DNA of 64,000 nt from Rhodospirillaceae bacterium (GTDB taxonomy: Bacteria; Pseudomonadota; Alphaproteobacteria; GCA-2721365). Below are positions 19,299-29,133 of the stretch, in pieces. The DNA lies in assembly GCA_002721365.1 (NCBI GenBank), contig PBKC01000098.1:8993-72992 (forward strand), read 5' to 3'. A model generated the notes under the pieces. The model saw only the letters and a program-made list of their open reading frames with translations, did no database searches and had not been told where the DNA came from. How positions within the stretch are numbered: the stretch's first letter is position 1; each line of letters begins with the position of its first letter. The position numbers and the translations under genes are program-made.

Positions 19299-19315
19299 TG
19301 CTCATTTTGAGCATA
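19299..19315 (+). promoter_or_regulatory. putative NadQ operator 2 (ATGCTCA-TTT-TGAGCAT)
   Basis: Perfect 7-3-7 palindrome, directly abutting the nadA ribosome-binding site AAGGAGG and 12 nt upstream of ATG 19327. Confidence 0.6.
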
Positions 19316-19326
19316 AGGAGGCTCGA

Positions 19327-20346
19327 ATGAATACGGGCGATCTCTCCCATGCCGAAGTGCTGCCGTACACACCAGCCGTGGCGGCGCGGACGGCCGACGT
19401 GTTCGAGCGCATGAAACGGGTGGTGCCGGCGATCGAATGGCCGATCCATGCCCCGGAGATCGATGCGATCCGGTCGCTCAAGGAGAAGCGCAACGCGATC
19501 GTTCTCGCCCACAACTACCAGACGCCCGAGATATTCCACGGCGTGGCCGACATCGTCGGCGACTCGCTCGCCCTGGCGCGGCGGGCGACCGAGACCGATG
19601 CCGACGTGATCGTTCTTGCCGGCGTCCACTTCATGGCCGAGACCGCCAAGCTGGTGAACCCGGAGAAGATCGTTCTGATCCCGGACGACGATGCCGGCTG
19701 CTCGCTCGCGTCCTCGATCACCGGCGCCGACGTGCGGCTGCTGCGCGAGACCTATCCCGGCGTCCCGGTGGTGACCTATGTGAATACTTCCGCCGAGGTG
19801 AAGGCCGAGGCCGACATCTGCTGCACCTCGGGCAACGCGGTGAAGGTGGTGGAGTCGCTTGGCGTACCCCGCGTCATCTTCATTCCCGATGCTTATCTGG
19901 CCAACTACGTCGCCCGCCAGACCGACGTCGAGATCATCGCCTGGCACGGGCGCTGCGAGGTCCACGAGCGCTTCACCGGCGCCGAGATCGAGGCCTACCG
20001 CAAGGACTTTCCCGGCCTCGCGGTCATCGCCCATCCCGAATGCCCGCCGGACGTGCTGGATGTCGCCGACTACGTCGGCTCGACCGCGGCGATGGCCGAC
20101 TTCGTCCGCGACCGCAAGCCGCAGCGCGTGCTGATGGTCACCGAATGCTCGATGAGCGACAACGTCGCCGCCCAGGCGCCCGACGTCGAGTTCGTCCGGC
20201 CGTGCAATCTGTGCCCGCACATGAAGCGGATCACTCTGACCAAGATCCGCCGGGCGCTGGAGACGCTGGAACCACGGGTCGAGCTCGACCCGGCGACGGC
20301 CGAGCGGGCGCGGGTCGCGGTCGAACGCATGCTGGCGGTCGCCTGA
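19327..20346 (+). CDS. nadA: quinolinate synthase
   Basis: 339 aa. [45 protein letters not shown] and VTECSM. Confidence 0.95.
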   Translation: MNTGDLSHAEVLPYTPAVAARTADVFERMKRVVPAIEWPIHAPEIDAIRSLKEKRNAIVLAHNYQTPEIFHGVADIVGDSLALARRATETDADVIVLAGVHFMAETAKLVNPEKIVLIPDDDAGCSLASSITGADVRLLRETYPGVPVVTYVNTSAEVKAEADICCTSGNAVKVVESLGVPRVIFIPDAYLANYVARQTDVEIIAWHGRCEVHERFTGAEIEAYRKDFPGLAVIAHPECPPDVLDVADYVGSTAAMADFVRDRKPQRVLMVTECSMSDNVAAQAPDVEFVRPCNLCPHMKRITLTKIRRALETLEPRVELDPATAERARVAVERMLAVA

Positions 20347-20365
20347 GCGGCGCCGGATCACGGCC

Positions 20366-21928
20366 ATGACACCCGAAGACCGCGTCATCGTCGTCGGCAG
20401 CGGCATCGCCGGACTGGCGACCGCGCTCGAGCTTCGGCCGCTGCCGGTCCTGCTGGTGACCGGCGGCGCGTTGGAGGCACCGGGCTCCACCGTATGGGCG
20501 CAGGGCTGGATCGCCGCCGCCATCGGGGACGACGACGAGCCGGCCCTCCATGCCGCCGATACCCTGGCGGCGGGGGCGGGCCTCAGCGACCGCGATATCG
20601 CGGTGCGGGTCGCTGCTCAGGCGCCCGAACGCATCGCCCGGCTGATCGAATGGGGCGTCCCCTTCGACCGCGATGCCGATGGCGTGCTCGCCCGCGGCAC
20701 CGAGGCCGCCCACTCCCGCGCGCGCATCCTCCATGCCGGCGGCGACCGGTCCGGGGCCGCGATCCTGAAGGCACTGGCCGATGTCGTGCGGGCGACGCCG
20801 TCGATTACGATCATGGAGCACGCGGTCGCCGAAGACCTTCTCGGGACGGGCCGCGTGACGGGCGTTCGCGTGCGGCGCGGTCGGGAGGTTTTCTCCGTTC
20901 ACGGGCGCGCCGTCGTCCTGGCGACCGGGGGTGCGGGGGCGCTCTACGCCGCGACGACCAATCCGCCGTCGAGTTGGGGGGCGGGGCTGGCGATGGCGGC
21001 GCGGGCCGGGGCGGTGATGCGCGACCTCGAATTCGTGCAGTTCCATCCCACGGCGATCGACCTCATGGTCGACCCGCTGCCCCTGGCGAGCGAGGCCATC
21101 CGCGGCGAAGGCGTGCCGCTGATCGACGACCGTGGTGCGCCGGTGATGGCGGGGATTGCCGGCGGCGACCTCGCACCGCGCGACGTGGTCGCCCGCGCCG
21201 TCTTCCAGGCCATCGCCGGCGGCCGGACGGTCCTCCTGGACACGCCCCGGGCGATGGGCGGTCGTTTCGCGAAGCGTTTTCCGGGGATCGACGCGCGCTG
21301 CAAGGCGGCCGGGCTCGTCCCCGCGTCCCTGCCGATTCCGGTCCGGCCGGCGGCGCACTATCACATGGGCGGCATCCGCGTGGACGGCCGCGGCCGCAGC
21401 TCGCTCCCCGGCCTTTGGGCCTGCGGAGAGGTGGCGGCGACCGGGCTCCATGGCGGCAATCGCCTAGCCAGCAATTCCCTGCTCGAGGCAGTGACCTTCT
21501 CCGCGTGGATCGCCGATGACATCAAAGGCGAGGCCGTTCCGGCCTTGGAGCCTGCGGTCGGGCCGCAATCGGCACCGTCGGTTGGCTTGAGCGACGCCGA
21601 CAAGGTCGGCCTGTCGGACCTGCGCCGCCTCATGGAGCGGGACGTCGGCGTGGTGCGGGACGGTGAGGGGCTCGCCCGCGCGGTCGCGACGCTCTCCGGC
21701 CTCGTGCGGCGTTCTGGGACTTCGGAAAGGCTGCGGCGCCAAGCGCAGGTGAGCCTCATGATCGCCCTGGCCGCCCTCCACCGGACGGAAAGCTGCGGCG
21801 CCCATTCCCGGCGCGACGCGCCTCGGGCGCCGTCATCGCCGCCCAGGCATCAGGACATCACCCTTGTCGAGGCCGAAACGGCGGCCGCTTCGTTCGCCGA
21901 GGGAAACAGAGAGGAGACCTGTCTTTGA
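20366..21928 (+). CDS. nadB: L-aspartate oxidase
   Basis: 520 aa. FAD motif VIVVGSGIAGL, FVQFHPTA, HYHMGGI, and GLHGGNRLASNSLLE. Confidence 0.93.
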   Translation: MTPEDRVIVVGSGIAGLATALELRPLPVLLVTGGALEAPGSTVWAQGWIAAAIGDDDEPALHAADTLAAGAGLSDRDIAVRVAAQAPERIARLIEWGVPFDRDADGVLARGTEAAHSRARILHAGGDRSGAAILKALADVVRATPSITIMEHAVAEDLLGTGRVTGVRVRRGREVFSVHGRAVVLATGGAGALYAATTNPPSSWGAGLAMAARAGAVMRDLEFVQFHPTAIDLMVDPLPLASEAIRGEGVPLIDDRGAPVMAGIAGGDLAPRDVVARAVFQAIAGGRTVLLDTPRAMGGRFAKRFPGIDARCKAAGLVPASLPIPVRPAAHYHMGGIRVDGRGRSSLPGLWACGEVAATGLHGGNRLASNSLLEAVTFSAWIADDIKGEAVPALEPAVGPQSAPSVGLSDADKVGLSDLRRLMERDVGVVRDGEGLARAVATLSGLVRRSGTSERLRRQAQVSLMIALAALHRTESCGAHSRRDAPRAPSSPPRHQDITLVEAETAAASFAEGNREETCL

Positions 21929-22788
21929 CCAAGTTTCTGCCGCCCCTTCCCGATCTGCTGATCGAGCCGATCGTGCGCGCCGCGCTGATGGAGGACCTCG
22001 GCCGCGCGGGCGACATCACCACGGCGGCGGTCGTGCCGGAGGATACGACCGTCACGGCGGCGTTTGTCGCGCGCACCAAGGGCACGATCGCAGGTCTGGA
22101 CGTCGCTCGGATGGTCTTTCGTCTGATGGACGCAGCGATCGATTGCCGGAAGGAAGTGGCCGACGGGACTGACGTCGAAGCGGGACAGGTCCTGATGCGG
22201 GTCGCGGGGCGGGCACAGCCGATTCTTTCGGCCGAACGGGTATCGCTCAACCTTCTAGGCAGGCTGTCAGGGATAGCGACGGCGACGGCGGCCCTGGTGG
22301 CCGCGGTCGGATCGCATCCGGCGGGCATCACCTGCACGCGGAAGACGACGCCCGGCCTCCGTGCCCTGGAGAAGTTTGCGGTGCGCGCTGGCGGCGGCGT
22401 CAACCACCGCTTCGGCCTCGACGACGCTGTCCTGATCAAGGACAACCATGTCGCTCTGGCCGGCGGCGTCGGCGTCGCGGTGAGGAGCGCCCGCGCCCGG
22501 GTCGGGCATCTGGTCAAGGTCGAGGTTGAGATCGACAGTCTGGATCAGCTCGACGAGGCGCTGGCGGCGGGACCGGACGCCATCCTTCTCGACAACATGA
22601 CGCCCGACGAGTTGCGGGAAGCGGTCCGCCGGGTCGACGGCCGGGCGACCACCGAAGCCTCCGGCGGCATCACCTTGGCGTCGGTGCCGGCGATCGCCGC
22701 GACCGGGGTCGACCTGATCTCGGCCGGCTGGCTGACCCACAGCGCCCCCAGCCTCGACATCGGGTTGGATATCGACGTTTCCGGCTGA
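21925..22788 (+). CDS. nadC: nicotinate-nucleotide diphosphorylase (carboxylating)
   Basis: 287 aa. AERVSLNLL, TRKTTPGLR, HRFGLDDAVLIKDNH, LLDNM, and SGGI. 4-nt overlap with nadB. Confidence 0.93.
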   Translation: MTKFLPPLPDLLIEPIVRAALMEDLGRAGDITTAAVVPEDTTVTAAFVARTKGTIAGLDVARMVFRLMDAAIDCRKEVADGTDVEAGQVLMRVAGRAQPILSAERVSLNLLGRLSGIATATAALVAAVGSHPAGITCTRKTTPGLRALEKFAVRAGGGVNHRFGLDDAVLIKDNHVALAGGVGVAVRSARARVGHLVKVEVEIDSLDQLDEALAAGPDAILLDNMTPDELREAVRRVDGRATTEASGGITLASVPAIAATGVDLISAGWLTHSAPSLDIGLDIDVSG

Positions 22789-22819
22789 AGCCTGAGGGCC
22801 GCTTACCCCGAGGGCGGGG

Positions 22820-23917
22820 TCACATGGTGCGCGGAGACCGGGCCAGATATTCGATGAGCTGCTCTTCGAGCTTCGAAGCCGCCGAGGCCGGATCGTCGGA
22901 ATAGCTCCGATACCACCCGACCGTCATGCGCATGGTGTCGTCGAAGTCGAGCGCCGGCCGCCACTGGAGGCCGAGCGCCGCCTTCGAGATGTCGAGCCTG
23001 AGAAAGGTGGATTCCCGGAGAGGTGACGGGACGATCTCGATCGTCGTCTCGGTCGGTCCCCACTCCTTGAACAGGGACTCCGCCAGACGGCGCACGTCGA
23101 CCTGATCGCCTTCGCCGGGACCGAAGTTCCACGCCTGGGCAAAGGCTTCGCCTTCGTCCAGGAGCCGCGAGCCGAGGTTCAGATAGCCTCGGATCGGCTC
23201 CAGGACATGCTGCCACGGGCGGACAGCATGCGGGTTGCGGATGACCACCGGCTCGCCGGCCATCATCGCCCGGATGACGTCGGGCACCAGTCGGTCCTCG
23301 GCCCAGTCGCCGCCGCCGATGACATTGCCGCTTCGCGCCGTCGCCATCACCACCGGGTGGTCCGGAGTGAACATCGCTTCGCGGTAGGTTTCGGCGACGA
23401 GTTCGGTGCAGGCCTTGCTGGAGCTGTAGGGATCGCGTCCGCCCAGGCGGTCGGTCTCGCGGTATCCCCACGCCCATTCGGCGTTGTAGTAGGTCTTGTC
23501 GGAGGTGACGACGACGATCGCCTTCACGCTCGGGCAGGCGCGCGCCGCCTCCAGCACGTTGACGGTGCCGACGACGTTGGTGGCGTAGGTCCCCTCCGGG
23601 TCGTGGTAGGCACGCCGCACCAGGGCCTGCGCCGCCATGTGAAAGACGATCTCCGGCTGGCAGGCGTTCATGCAGTCGGTCACCGCCTTGGCGTCGCGGA
23701 TGTCGCCGATCACGGACGTCATCCCATCCTCGACGGACGCGCTCTCGTACAGGCTCGGACGCCCTTCCTCAGGCGCCAGCGACAGTCCCGTCACCTCGGC
23801 ACCAACATGTTTGAGCCAAGCGCACATCCAGCTTCCCTTGAAGCCCGTGTGGCCGGTCACCAGCACCCGACGGCCGCCGTAAGAGGCCGTCTGACTGAGA
23901 AAGGTGGTCGTTTCCAT
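22820..23917 (-). CDS. rfbG: CDP-glucose 4,6-dehydratase
   Basis: 365 aa. RVLVTGHTGFKGSWMCAWLKHVGAEVTGLSL...SLYE...GDIRD is the characteristic N-terminus, and YSSSKACTE is the SDR Y-x3-K motif. Confidence 0.9.
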   Translation of the reverse strand: METTTFLSQTASYGGRRVLVTGHTGFKGSWMCAWLKHVGAEVTGLSLAPEEGRPSLYESASVEDGMTSVIGDIRDAKAVTDCMNACQPEIVFHMAAQALVRRAYHDPEGTYATNVVGTVNVLEAARACPSVKAIVVVTSDKTYYNAEWAWGYRETDRLGGRDPYSSSKACTELVAETYREAMFTPDHPVVMATARSGNVIGGGDWAEDRLVPDVIRAMMAGEPVVIRNPHAVRPWQHVLEPIRGYLNLGSRLLDEGEAFAQAWNFGPGEGDQVDVRRLAESLFKEWGPTETTIEIVPSPLRESTFLRLDISKAALGLQWRPALDFDDTMRMTVGWYRSYSDDPASAASKLEEQLIEYLARSPRTM

Positions 23918-23968
23918 GGTGGCTCGGCACCTCCGTTGGCTCGTTCAGGGCGCGGATCGCGCGATTCT

Positions 23969-24958
23969 TCAAAGGACCAGTGAGCGGAACCGGATACTTC
24001 CGTAAATCAGCGCCATCGACATGAACAATACCCGAATCGCCCGCAAGACGGTCTGTCCGGTGGCGGTCACGACGGTGACCGGGTTTACGGTCCTGGTCTT
24101 GGCGATGGCTGCGGCGACCGGCGCGGCGGCGGCCAGCCACAGCGCCTGCGGAAAGATCCATACGATCGGGATGCCGACGATCAGAATGACGTACATCCAG
24201 ATGCAGTTTCGCCACATGAACAGGTTCCAGATCAGCATCCGCGACCGGATTTCCGGATGCAGCTTCACCAGAAGTGGCAGGACGAAGATCCGCGACGGCT
24301 CGATCATCCAGTGGAAGAAGGAGAGCTGCTCGATCTCGTGATAGATGATCGCCTCCGGGACGAAACGATTCCGGTAGCCGGCTTTGATCACCCGCCAGGC
24401 GAGATCGGAATCGGCGCATTCGACGGCGCGGTCGAAGGGATCCTTGAAGCACAGTTTTTCATCGAATCCGCCCAGTTCCTCGAATGCCTTTCGCCGGTAG
24501 AAGGCGTTTGCGGTGGGGTAGGTGGGGTGCTCGACCAGAGTCTGGGCCGTGACCTTCGACATCAGCTGCCGGGTCTGCTCGGGTTTGTAGAGAACGGGCC
24601 CGCTCACCAAGCCGACATCTTCGTCGTCGAATGCCGCGACGGCATGCTCCAGCCAACCGGGATGGGGCCGGCAGTCGCTGTCCGTGAACGCCAGGATTTG
24701 CCCCTGCGCCATCGCCGCGCCGAGATTGCGCGCCGGCGTCGGACCGCGGTCCTCCGCCATCAGATGGTAGCGTACGGGCATGGGGGCGGTTGCCGCGAAC
24801 GACTCGACGGCGCCGCGAATGTCTTCTTGCGATTGGTTATCCAGGACGATGACTTCGAACGGCTCGGCGTAGGTTTGTGCCGACAATCCCGCAAGGGCAT
24901 CCAGCAGGTAGCCGCGCCGGTTCTTGATGGGAATGATGACCGTGACCGCTATGCCCAT
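23969..24958 (-). CDS. family 2 glycosyltransferase with C-terminal membrane region
   Basis: 329 aa. VTVIIPIKNRRGYLLDALAGLSAQTY..FEVIVLDNQS and FTDSDC (DxD). The C-terminus is hydrophobic (WMYVILIVGIPIVWIF...). Confidence 0.85.
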   Translation of the reverse strand: MGIAVTVIIPIKNRRGYLLDALAGLSAQTYAEPFEVIVLDNQSQEDIRGAVESFAATAPMPVRYHLMAEDRGPTPARNLGAAMAQGQILAFTDSDCRPHPGWLEHAVAAFDDEDVGLVSGPVLYKPEQTRQLMSKVTAQTLVEHPTYPTANAFYRRKAFEELGGFDEKLCFKDPFDRAVECADSDLAWRVIKAGYRNRFVPEAIIYHEIEQLSFFHWMIEPSRIFVLPLLVKLHPEIRSRMLIWNLFMWRNCIWMYVILIVGIPIVWIFPQALWLAAAAPVAAAIAKTRTVNPVTVVTATGQTVLRAIRVLFMSMALIYGSIRFRSLVL

Positions 24959-25285
24959 TAGGCTATACCCCGTTGGATATACCTTGGCGATGCCAAAATA
25001 GGTGTCGAGCCGGCCACGGAGCCGTGGCTGAGAGTTTTATTGCATAGCGGTAGGCGGCCGTGGGGTCAATGAAAGTCCCTATATTAGAGCCACTCTACCT
25101 CTATTGGAGGGAGACTCGGTCGCTTGTTCGTGATCTGTGTTTTTGCGGCGCAACACGAAGTGGTTGCATAAGTCCCGATCCTGTGGGCAATATCTCGGTA
25201 CCGATAGGAGCATGGTCCTGCAGCCCGGTGGGCGGAAGAGGGCGGTGCCCACATCCAAGGTTCCATTCATCGGCTCAGGCTGGTC

Positions 25286-26206
25286 ATGCCGTCAAAATTG
25301 CTTCGTTTAGGCCCGTTTGGCGCGGGAGTTACGCTCGGCGACGGAACACTGAGCGTGGAGGGGCGCCTGCAAGGGGCTCCCTGGTCCGCAATTTACCGTA
25401 CTCTCAAAAGGATTACTCGATCCGAGGCGCCGCAGGTGGCGCTTTCCAAGCCCGTTCCAGCGAGTGAGGCAGGCGGCGAGGATCCCGAGGCGGCGGCGAT
25501 CCGGAAAAGGATCGAAGGCATAGTTTGGTACCATACTATTGATCTAGGTCATGGGGTGGCGACGCCCGGTGCCTTCAACCATCTCCCGGTTCTCGATCAG
25601 TATTGCGTGCCTGACGACCTGACCGGGAAGCGGGTGCTCGATATCGGCACCTTCGACGGTTTTTGGGCATTCGAGTTCGAGAAGCGGGGGGCGACCGTCG
25701 TGGCGCTCGATCTCGACAACGCGGGGCAACTCGACCTGCCGGCCCAGGTCCGTGCGAAGACGTCCCAGGAAGAACTCAACCGGAAATTCGGCAATGGTTT
25801 CGCCATTGTCCATGACATCCTGGGGTCCCGGGTCGAGCGGGTGGTGAACACGGTTTACGAGATCGACCCCGCCGTGCACGGCATGTTCGACATCGTGCAT
25901 ATCGGCTCGGCGTTGATACACATGCGCAATCCCATCCGCGCCCTTCAGAGGATGCGGAGCGTGGCGCGGGGCTACGCCTTGATCTCCGAGCCGTACAAGA
26001 AGGATCTGGAACGCTACGGTCCGAAGCCGCTGGTCGAATGCCGCGGCGGGCGTGAGGACTGTAACTGGTACAGGTTCTCGCGGCCGGCATTCCTCGCCAT
26101 GCTGGAGGGGGCCGGATTCTCGAAGGTCGAGATTCTGAACGAGTTCGATCACGGGCCCTACGATGCGCCGGCGTCGATGGCTTACCGCATCTACAAGGCT
26201 TCCTGA
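25286..26206 (+). CDS. class I SAM-dependent methyltransferase
   Basis: 306 aa. WYHTIDLGHGV.TPG, KRVLDIGTFDGFWAFEFEKRGA.VVALD (motif I) and FDIVHIGSALIHMRNP. Confidence 0.75.
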   Translation: MPSKLLRLGPFGAGVTLGDGTLSVEGRLQGAPWSAIYRTLKRITRSEAPQVALSKPVPASEAGGEDPEAAAIRKRIEGIVWYHTIDLGHGVATPGAFNHLPVLDQYCVPDDLTGKRVLDIGTFDGFWAFEFEKRGATVVALDLDNAGQLDLPAQVRAKTSQEELNRKFGNGFAIVHDILGSRVERVVNTVYEIDPAVHGMFDIVHIGSALIHMRNPIRALQRMRSVARGYALISEPYKKDLERYGPKPLVECRGGREDCNWYRFSRPAFLAMLEGAGFSKVEILNEFDHGPYDAPASMAYRIYKAS

Positions 26207-26279
26207 GGCCGGACAGCAGGGCCATCGCCGCGGCCGCGGGACGGCTCGGCGGTAGAGCTTAATCAATAGGAGCGCATAC

Positions 26280-27065
26280 ATGCCCCTCATTCGCCGCGGC
26301 GCCCTTGGTTTTGGCCTCATGGCATTCGCGGATCACCTGAGCTCGGGTGTCGGCGTTTCTATCCCACTCGGACCGCTGAATGGCCTTTTCGGCGGAGCAG
26401 GGACTGCAAGCCCCGGTCTCGGCGGAACCGCCGACGACGCCCCACCGCCGCCGCTTGAAAGCTACATCGGACGGCTCGGCAGCTTGTCCGGCAGCCGTGT
26501 TCTCGATGTGGGGGCGGGGACCAGCGGCGGGTCGGAAGGCTTCCTGAAGCATGGCGCCCAGGAAGTCGTCGTGACCGGCCTTGCGCGGTTGGATCAGATG
26601 GACATGGTGCCGACGGTACGGGCCACCATGAGCGAAGAGGAGCTCTCGGCTCCTCCGGCGCTGGGTGCGCTGGGGGCCGACGGCGAGGCGACCAAGGCCG
26701 TGGCATGCCACCCCTACGACCTGGCCGGTGCCAATCTCGGCACGTTCGATCTCGTTCATTGTGCGGATCAGCTTCGTCGGGCGACCGACCCGGCGAAGGT
26801 CACCGAGAATCTTCGTGAGGTCGCCGGCGGGGCCGTCATTTTGTGCGAGCGCTACGACCCCGATCTCGACCGCTTCCAGCCCAGCGACGTGATGGAATAC
26901 GTCGGCGCCGGGCGTATTCCGCGCTGGTGGCGCTTCGGTCAGAGCATTCTCTGCCAGCTTCTGCAGGACGCGGGTTTCAAGCGGGTCACTGTCCTGGCTT
27001 CGCTGCGGGATACGCATGCCGTCGACCCGCGTGACCGGTATTGGAGCCTGATCCGCGCGGAATAG
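26280..27065 (+). CDS. methyltransferase-like protein (divergent paralog of the preceding gene)
   Basis: 261 aa. SRVLDVGAGTSGGSEGFLKHGAQEVVVTG (motif I-like) and FDLVHCADQLRRATDP parallel the upstream gene. The N-terminus is Gly/Pro-rich. Confidence 0.55.
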   Translation: MPLIRRGALGFGLMAFADHLSSGVGVSIPLGPLNGLFGGAGTASPGLGGTADDAPPPPLESYIGRLGSLSGSRVLDVGAGTSGGSEGFLKHGAQEVVVTGLARLDQMDMVPTVRATMSEEELSAPPALGALGADGEATKAVACHPYDLAGANLGTFDLVHCADQLRRATDPAKVTENLREVAGGAVILCERYDPDLDRFQPSDVMEYVGAGRIPRWWRFGQSILCQLLQDAGFKRVTVLASLRDTHAVDPRDRYWSLIRAE

Positions 27066-27092
27066 TCAGGGCGGCTGGTTGTAGCATGCAGG

Positions 27093-27122
27093 GGTAGGGC
27101 ATTGACTCCTACCGGCCTTTTC
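27093..27122 (+). terminator. candidate intrinsic terminator after the methyltransferase pair
   Basis: GGTAGG-gcattgact-CCTACC stem-loop followed by GGCCTTTTCC. The stem is short (6 bp) and the T-run is short. Confidence 0.3.
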
Positions 27123-27366
27123 CAAAGGTTACGTTGGTTAAGCAGGTAGGTGAGTTTGTCAAATCTTAGGGAATTCGTCGCAGAATTGGGTGCTGTGAAG
27201 GATTCGGGAGAGATCGGCTCCAAGGGAGGTTGGGCCAAGACAAGAGGTGTGGTCGCTGTCGACATAACAACTAAAACTTGCTTGGCGTGGTTCTTGGGCG
27301 CGGCTCGTGTGATGTCGTGACCGCCATAACTCTCTTATCAGCTTTCTGTCCATTTCTCGGGGGTTC

Positions 27367-28065
27367 GTGATGAATGTCGTGATTCTAGCAGGCGGTCGAG
27401 GCCTGCGCGCTTATCCGTTCACCGAATATTTGCCGAAGCCGATGATTCCGGTATGCGGTAAGCCGATTATCGTCCGGGTCATGAACCTGTATGCGAAACA
27501 GGGCATCAAAGAGTTCATCATTTCGCTCGGCTATCGGAAGGAAGCGATCGAAGACTATTTCGCCGATCGCACGACGCCCTGGAAAGTCTCTCTGGTCGAT
27601 ACCGGAGACGAGTCCGACACCGGCGGGCGAATCTACAACGTGCGCGACCGGGTCTCCGATACGTTCATGGCGACCTATTCCGATGCGGTTTGCGACGTTC
27701 CGCTCGACAAGCTTCTTGAGTTCCATCACTCCCACGACGGTCTGGCGACGATCACCAGCGTGCCGCTGCCGTCGCAGTACGGAACGATCGACGCTGACGA
27801 GAACGGTCGCATTCTCGCCTTCCGCGAGAAGCCCATCCTTCGCGAGCATTGGATCAATGCCGGCTTCTTCGTGATGGACAAGGCCATTTTCGACCATTGG
27901 AAGGGCGACAACCTCGAGCGCGAGGTTCTGCCGAACCTGCAGAAGGAAGGCCTTCTGTATACGTATCGGCATGACGGCTTCTTCAAGTCGATGGACACGC
28001 ACAAGGATCAGCTCGAAATGGAAGAGCTGTTCCATTCGGCCAAGTTCGAACTGTTCGCGGCCTGA
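27367..28065 (+). CDS. rfbF: sugar-1-phosphate nucleotidyltransferase, glucose-1-phosphate cytidylyltransferase-like
   Basis: 232 aa. VVILAGGRGLRAYPFTEYLPKPMIPVCGKPII....MNLYAKQGIKEFIISLGYRKEAIEDYF resembles RfbF. The start is GTG 27367 or ATG 27370. Confidence 0.8.
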   Translation: MMNVVILAGGRGLRAYPFTEYLPKPMIPVCGKPIIVRVMNLYAKQGIKEFIISLGYRKEAIEDYFADRTTPWKVSLVDTGDESDTGGRIYNVRDRVSDTFMATYSDAVCDVPLDKLLEFHHSHDGLATITSVPLPSQYGTIDADENGRILAFREKPILREHWINAGFFVMDKAIFDHWKGDNLEREVLPNLQKEGLLYTYRHDGFFKSMDTHKDQLEMEELFHSAKFELFAA

Positions 28066-28085
28066 TCGCCGCATCGCCGTTCGAC

Positions 28086-29087
28086 GTGACGTTCGCGGAT
28101 GACCATCGGACCTGGTGGCGGGGACGGCGTGTCTTCGTAACCGGGGCAAACGGTCTGGTCGGGCGATCCCTCGTCGAGCGCTTGCGCGGGCTTGGGGCGG
28201 AGGCCGTCGGCTTCGTTCGAGCCCGGGCCGGGCGCGAGGCGTGCGGGCCGGAGGGGGCGGGTTACGAAGTCGCAGTCGGCCGGCTCGAAGATTACGCAGT
28301 CCTGGAAAGGACGATCTCCGAGCGCGGTTTCGATGTGGTTTTCCATCTCGGTGCTCAGGCCATCGTGGAGACTGCGCGTCGCGAGCCGCGAGAGACGCTG
28401 GAAGCCAACGTCGCAGGCACCTGGAACGTCCTGGAGGCCTGTCGGCGGTCGCGGACCCCGCCACGCGTCGTCGTTGCATCGACCGACCGTCTGTACCGGG
28501 CATCCGGGCCGGCCGAAGGTGGTCACTCCAAAGGGGTCGCCGATGTCTATGGGGTTTCCAAGCTCTGCGCGGAAGAAATCGTTAAGACTTATAGCTTAGC
28601 ATACGACCTTCCCGTGGTAATCGCGCGTACAGCAAATGTGTTCGGTCCAGAGGACGTTAATTTCAGCCGTCTTATTCCCGGTACCATCCGCGCCGTTCTT
28701 TCGGGAAACCCGCCCGTGATCTTGAGTGACGGGTCGCCGGTCCATGATTACATCTATGTCGAGGATGTGGGTGAAGCATACCTTTGCCTCGCGGAAGCAT
28801 TGGATGGTCCTGGTGTGCAAGGGATGACGATGAACGTCGGCTCGGGCGTGAAGACCAGCGTTCTCGATCTTTCGCGGATGATCATTCGCCTTATGGGGCG
28901 GAGCGATCTGGAGCCGGAGGTTCGCGGGGCACCTTCGGGGGCTAAGTCGGCGTCCGCGACCGAGGAGGCGAACCCAGGGCGTCTCGCCGGCTGGAAACCT
29001 CGTTATTCCTTGGAGCAGGCCCTGCAAGAGACGATAGCATGGTACCGCGCTCATCCCGAGCGGGTCTCGGCGACGGCGGTCTGCTGA
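28086..29087 (+). CDS. NAD(P)-dependent sugar epimerase/dehydratase/reductase (extended SDR)
   Basis: 333 aa. Rossmann motif VFVTGANGLVGRSL, and YGVSKLCAE (Y-x3-K). GTG start. Confidence 0.85.
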   Translation: MTFADDHRTWWRGRRVFVTGANGLVGRSLVERLRGLGAEAVGFVRARAGREACGPEGAGYEVAVGRLEDYAVLERTISERGFDVVFHLGAQAIVETARREPRETLEANVAGTWNVLEACRRSRTPPRVVVASTDRLYRASGPAEGGHSKGVADVYGVSKLCAEEIVKTYSLAYDLPVVIARTANVFGPEDVNFSRLIPGTIRAVLSGNPPVILSDGSPVHDYIYVEDVGEAYLCLAEALDGPGVQGMTMNVGSGVKTSVLDLSRMIIRLMGRSDLEPEVRGAPSGAKSASATEEANPGRLAGWKPRYSLEQALQETIAWYRAHPERVSATAVC

Positions 29088-29133
29088 ATGACCGTTTCTC
29101 CCGTCCCAGGTTTGTGAAGGCATCCGACGTCAG

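Noticed and set aside
25013-25028. Hairpin GCCACGG-ag-CCGTGGC followed by a TTTT run, in the divergent intergenic region 24959..25285.
   Set aside because: No gene ends here on either strand, since both flanking genes start here. A terminator role is therefore unsupported. It could be a regulatory stem or chance.
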